Shown: positions 61,908 through 64,000 of the stretch, one piece after another
Layout of the letters: each line of letters starts with the position of its first letter
How positions within the stretch are numbered: position 1 is the first letter of the stretch
The notes under the pieces: model-generated
The model's database searches: none
The model's input: only the letters and a program-made list of their open reading frames with translations
What the model was told of the DNA's origin: nothing
DNA from: Anaeromyxobacteraceae bacterium
GTDB lineage: Bacteria; Myxococcota; Myxococcia; Myxococcales; Anaeromyxobacteraceae
DNA: 64,000 nt
Reading direction: 5' to 3'
Assembly: GCA_032654565.1 (NCBI GenBank)
Contig: JAULAX010000015.1
Coordinates: 992,001-1,056,000, forward strand
Position numbers and translations under genes: made by a program

Positions 61908-62483
61908 ATGGCCGCCACCCCCGAGGACCAGGTCAAGCAGCTGCTCGCCGCCGGAGACCAGCGCGGCGCGGCCACCCTGGCGCTGCGCGAGTACGGCCCG
62001 AAGATCCTCGGCTACCTGCAGGTGGTGCTGCGCGACGAGGCCGACGCCGCCGACGCCTTCTCGGTCTTCGCCGAGAACCTCTGGAAGGGGCTGGAGACCT
62101 GGCGCGGCGAGGCCTCGCTCCGCACCTGGGCCTACAAGCTGGCCTGGAACGCCGCGCTCAACCTGCGCGACGAGGCCTGGCGCCGCCACGGCCGCCGCTT
62201 CCACACCAGCGAGGCCTCGCAGCTGGCCGACGAGATCCGCACCAAGACGGTGGTCAAGGTGGAGCGGCAGCGGGCCAAGCTGAACACGCTGCGCGCCGCG
62301 CTGAGCGACGAGGAGCAGACGCTGCTGGTGCTCCGCATCGACCAGTCGCTGCCCTGGGAGGAGATCGCCGAGGTGCTGGCCACGCCGGAGGCGAGGCCCG
62401 ACACCGCCATGCTCCGCAAGCGGTTCGAGCGGCTCAAGGAGCGGCTGGCGAAGCTGGCTCGCTCCCGCGGCCTGGTCGAGTAG
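61908..62483 (+). CDS. ECF-type RNA polymerase sigma factor
   Basis: Region 2 'DAADAF...LW', 'SLRTWAY.LA.N'; region 4 'LPWEEIAEVL'. Confidence 0.85.
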   Translation: MAATPEDQVKQLLAAGDQRGAATLALREYGPKILGYLQVVLRDEADAADAFSVFAENLWKGLETWRGEASLRTWAYKLAWNAALNLRDEAWRRHGRRFHTSEASQLADEIRTKTVVKVERQRAKLNTLRAALSDEEQTLLVLRIDQSLPWEEIAEVLATPEARPDTAMLRKRFERLKERLAKLARSRGLVE

Positions 62484-62657
62484 CCGGGGGCGGGACGGGG
62501 CGAGGCGGACCGGGCACGCCCCGGCCGGGTCGGTTCCCGGGGGGCCGGTTGGGGGATTCCGGCCGGGCCACCTGCTTCGGGCCAGAGAATGGCCCCCCGC
62601 TGTCACGAGTGGCGTGCTCAGCTCCCTACGGAACAACCCGTCCCCCGAGGAGCTGCG

Positions 62658-63806
62658 ATGCCCCTGGCCGCCCTGCTGCCCGCGCTGTTGCTCGCCGTCA
62701 CGCCCGCCGTCCCGGTCCCCGCGCCGGCCGCGCCTGTGCCCACGCCGGCGCCATCGGCAAGGCTGGCCAAGGTGGTGGTGGGGGACTTCGTGCTGGCGGG
62801 GGCGGCGCACCCGGACCTGGGGCGGGTGCTGTCGGACGCGGCGGCGAGGGGGGTGCAGGGGACGGCGGGGCTGGCGGTGATGGGGCAGGGGGAGATCTCG
62901 GCGATCCTGGGGCTGGAGAAGACCCGGCAGATGATGGGGTGCGGCGAGGAGCAGGGGTGCGTGTCGGAGCTGGGGAAGGCGCTCGACGCCGACTTCCTGG
63001 TGTCGGGGACGCTGACCCTGCTGGAGCGGACGGCGCTGCTGACGGTGCGGTTCATCGACGTGAGGAGGAACCAGACGCAGTCGAGGACCACGGCGATGCT
63101 GCTGGACGCCACCGAGGCGGAGCTGGTGGACGGGGCGACGCGGCTGGCGCACGAGGCGGTGACGGGGAAGAAGCTGGACACCTCGGGGACGGTCCGGGTG
63201 AGCGTGAGCCGGAGCGGGGCCGACGTGACGCTGGACGGGAAGAGCCTGGGGGCGAGCCCGGTGACCGGGACGCAGCGGGTGCTGGAGGGGCCGCACACGG
63301 TGACGGTGCAGAAGGCGGGCTACATCCGCTGGTCGACGACGGTGAACGTGGCGGCGGGGCAGTCGGTGGCGGTGGAGGCGGAGCTGGTGCCGCTGGTGCT
63401 GCAGGGGGAGGCGGCCCGGTCGAGGCTCTGGACCTGGGGGTGGGTGTCGGCGGGGGTGGCGGTGTCGACCGGGGCGGCCGGGGTGCTGTTCGGGCGGATG
63501 GCCGACTCGAGCTACAAGAAGTACCAGGCGGCCACCGAGCGATCGACGGCGGTGCAGCTGCACGACGAGACCAAGCTGAGGACCACCATGGCCAACGTCT
63601 CCTGGGGGATCGCCGGGACGGCGGCGGTGGCGTCGGTGGGGCTGCTGGTGACGGCCATCGTGCAGGACGCCCGGGCCGCCAACGACCTGGCGCCGGCCGA
63701 GCCGCCCACGCCGGGGCTGTCGACGACCAAGAAGGTGACCACGGCCAGCGCCGAGGTCCAGCCGCTCCCCGGCGGCGCCGCCCTGGCGCTGGTCATCCCG
63801 TTCTAG
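62658..63806 (+). CDS. Exported CsgG/TolB-N-like + PEGA domain protein with C-terminal hairpin
   Basis: Signal peptide; 'GC..EQGCVSELGKALDADFLVSG'; PEGA 'GADVTLDG..LG.SP'; ends 'PLPGGAALALVIPF'. Confidence 0.75.
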   Translation: MPLAALLPALLLAVTPAVPVPAPAAPVPTPAPSARLAKVVVGDFVLAGAAHPDLGRVLSDAAARGVQGTAGLAVMGQGEISAILGLEKTRQMMGCGEEQGCVSELGKALDADFLVSGTLTLLERTALLTVRFIDVRRNQTQSRTTAMLLDATEAELVDGATRLAHEAVTGKKLDTSGTVRVSVSRSGADVTLDGKSLGASPVTGTQRVLEGPHTVTVQKAGYIRWSTTVNVAAGQSVAVEAELVPLVLQGEAARSRLWTWGWVSAGVAVSTGAAGVLFGRMADSSYKKYQAATERSTAVQLHDETKLRTTMANVSWGIAGTAAVASVGLLVTAIVQDARAANDLAPAEPPTPGLSTTKKVTTASAEVQPLPGGAALALVIPF

Positions 63807-63815
63807 GAGACCGAC

Positions 63816-64000
63816 ATGCGCGCGACCAAGGTGATGGCGGTGCTGGCGGCGGTGGTGGTGCTCTCCGGGTGCAGCTACGCCTACCGGAACCCGGCCGAGG
63901 ACCTGGGGCCGGGCGAGGTGGGAGGGCGGACGGTGGCCGGGGTGGAGGTGTTCATCGACGGGGTGGCGGTGGGGGTGAAGGGGGCGCAGCTCGACGCCAC
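63816..64000 (+). CDS. Lipoprotein (5' part only, runs off the window)
   Basis: AGGAG RBS; MRATKVMAVLAAVVVLSGC lipobox. Confidence 0.75.
   Translation, partial: MRATKVMAVLAAVVVLSGCSYAYRNPAEDLGPGEVGGRTVAGVEVFIDGVAVGVKGAQLDA

Overview
Very GC-rich bacterial DNA (roughly 70-75% by eye). Gene content suggests an Anaeromyxobacter-like member of Myxococcota (inference): a PEGA/Ser-Thr kinase/FHA module, a DUF4388-like protein, a CheA-REC hybrid and a myxobacterial-type HNH protein. About 58 likely protein-coding genes. Housekeeping genes: glmS, glmU, tnaA, pepF, moaC, trxB, tam, ispG, proS, pyrF, ybaK. Other blocks: a carboxylate sodium:solute symporter locus with a cNMP-CBS-DUF294 nucleotidyltransferase and a DEDDh nuclease; a chemosensory cluster with two CheR and no receptor; a GntR/cysteine hydrolase/LIV-type ABC operon; and a large CoA-activase fusion followed by a MaoC dehydratase. 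Most notable: (i) two copies of a 'signalling gene - PEGA protein with shared C-terminal hairpin ending in Phe - lipoprotein' cassette; (ii) an accessory hotspot at ~33.7-36.7 kb with an in-frame low-GC gene end, an HNH gene with a PafBC-like promoter motif, a hexamer tract, a nested palindrome and a 131-bp tandem repeat; (iii) the DUF294/DEDDh/transporter module lying between glmU and glmS. I saw no tRNA, rRNA, CRISPR array, transposase, integrase or reverse transcriptase. All calls come from reading motifs; no searches were run.
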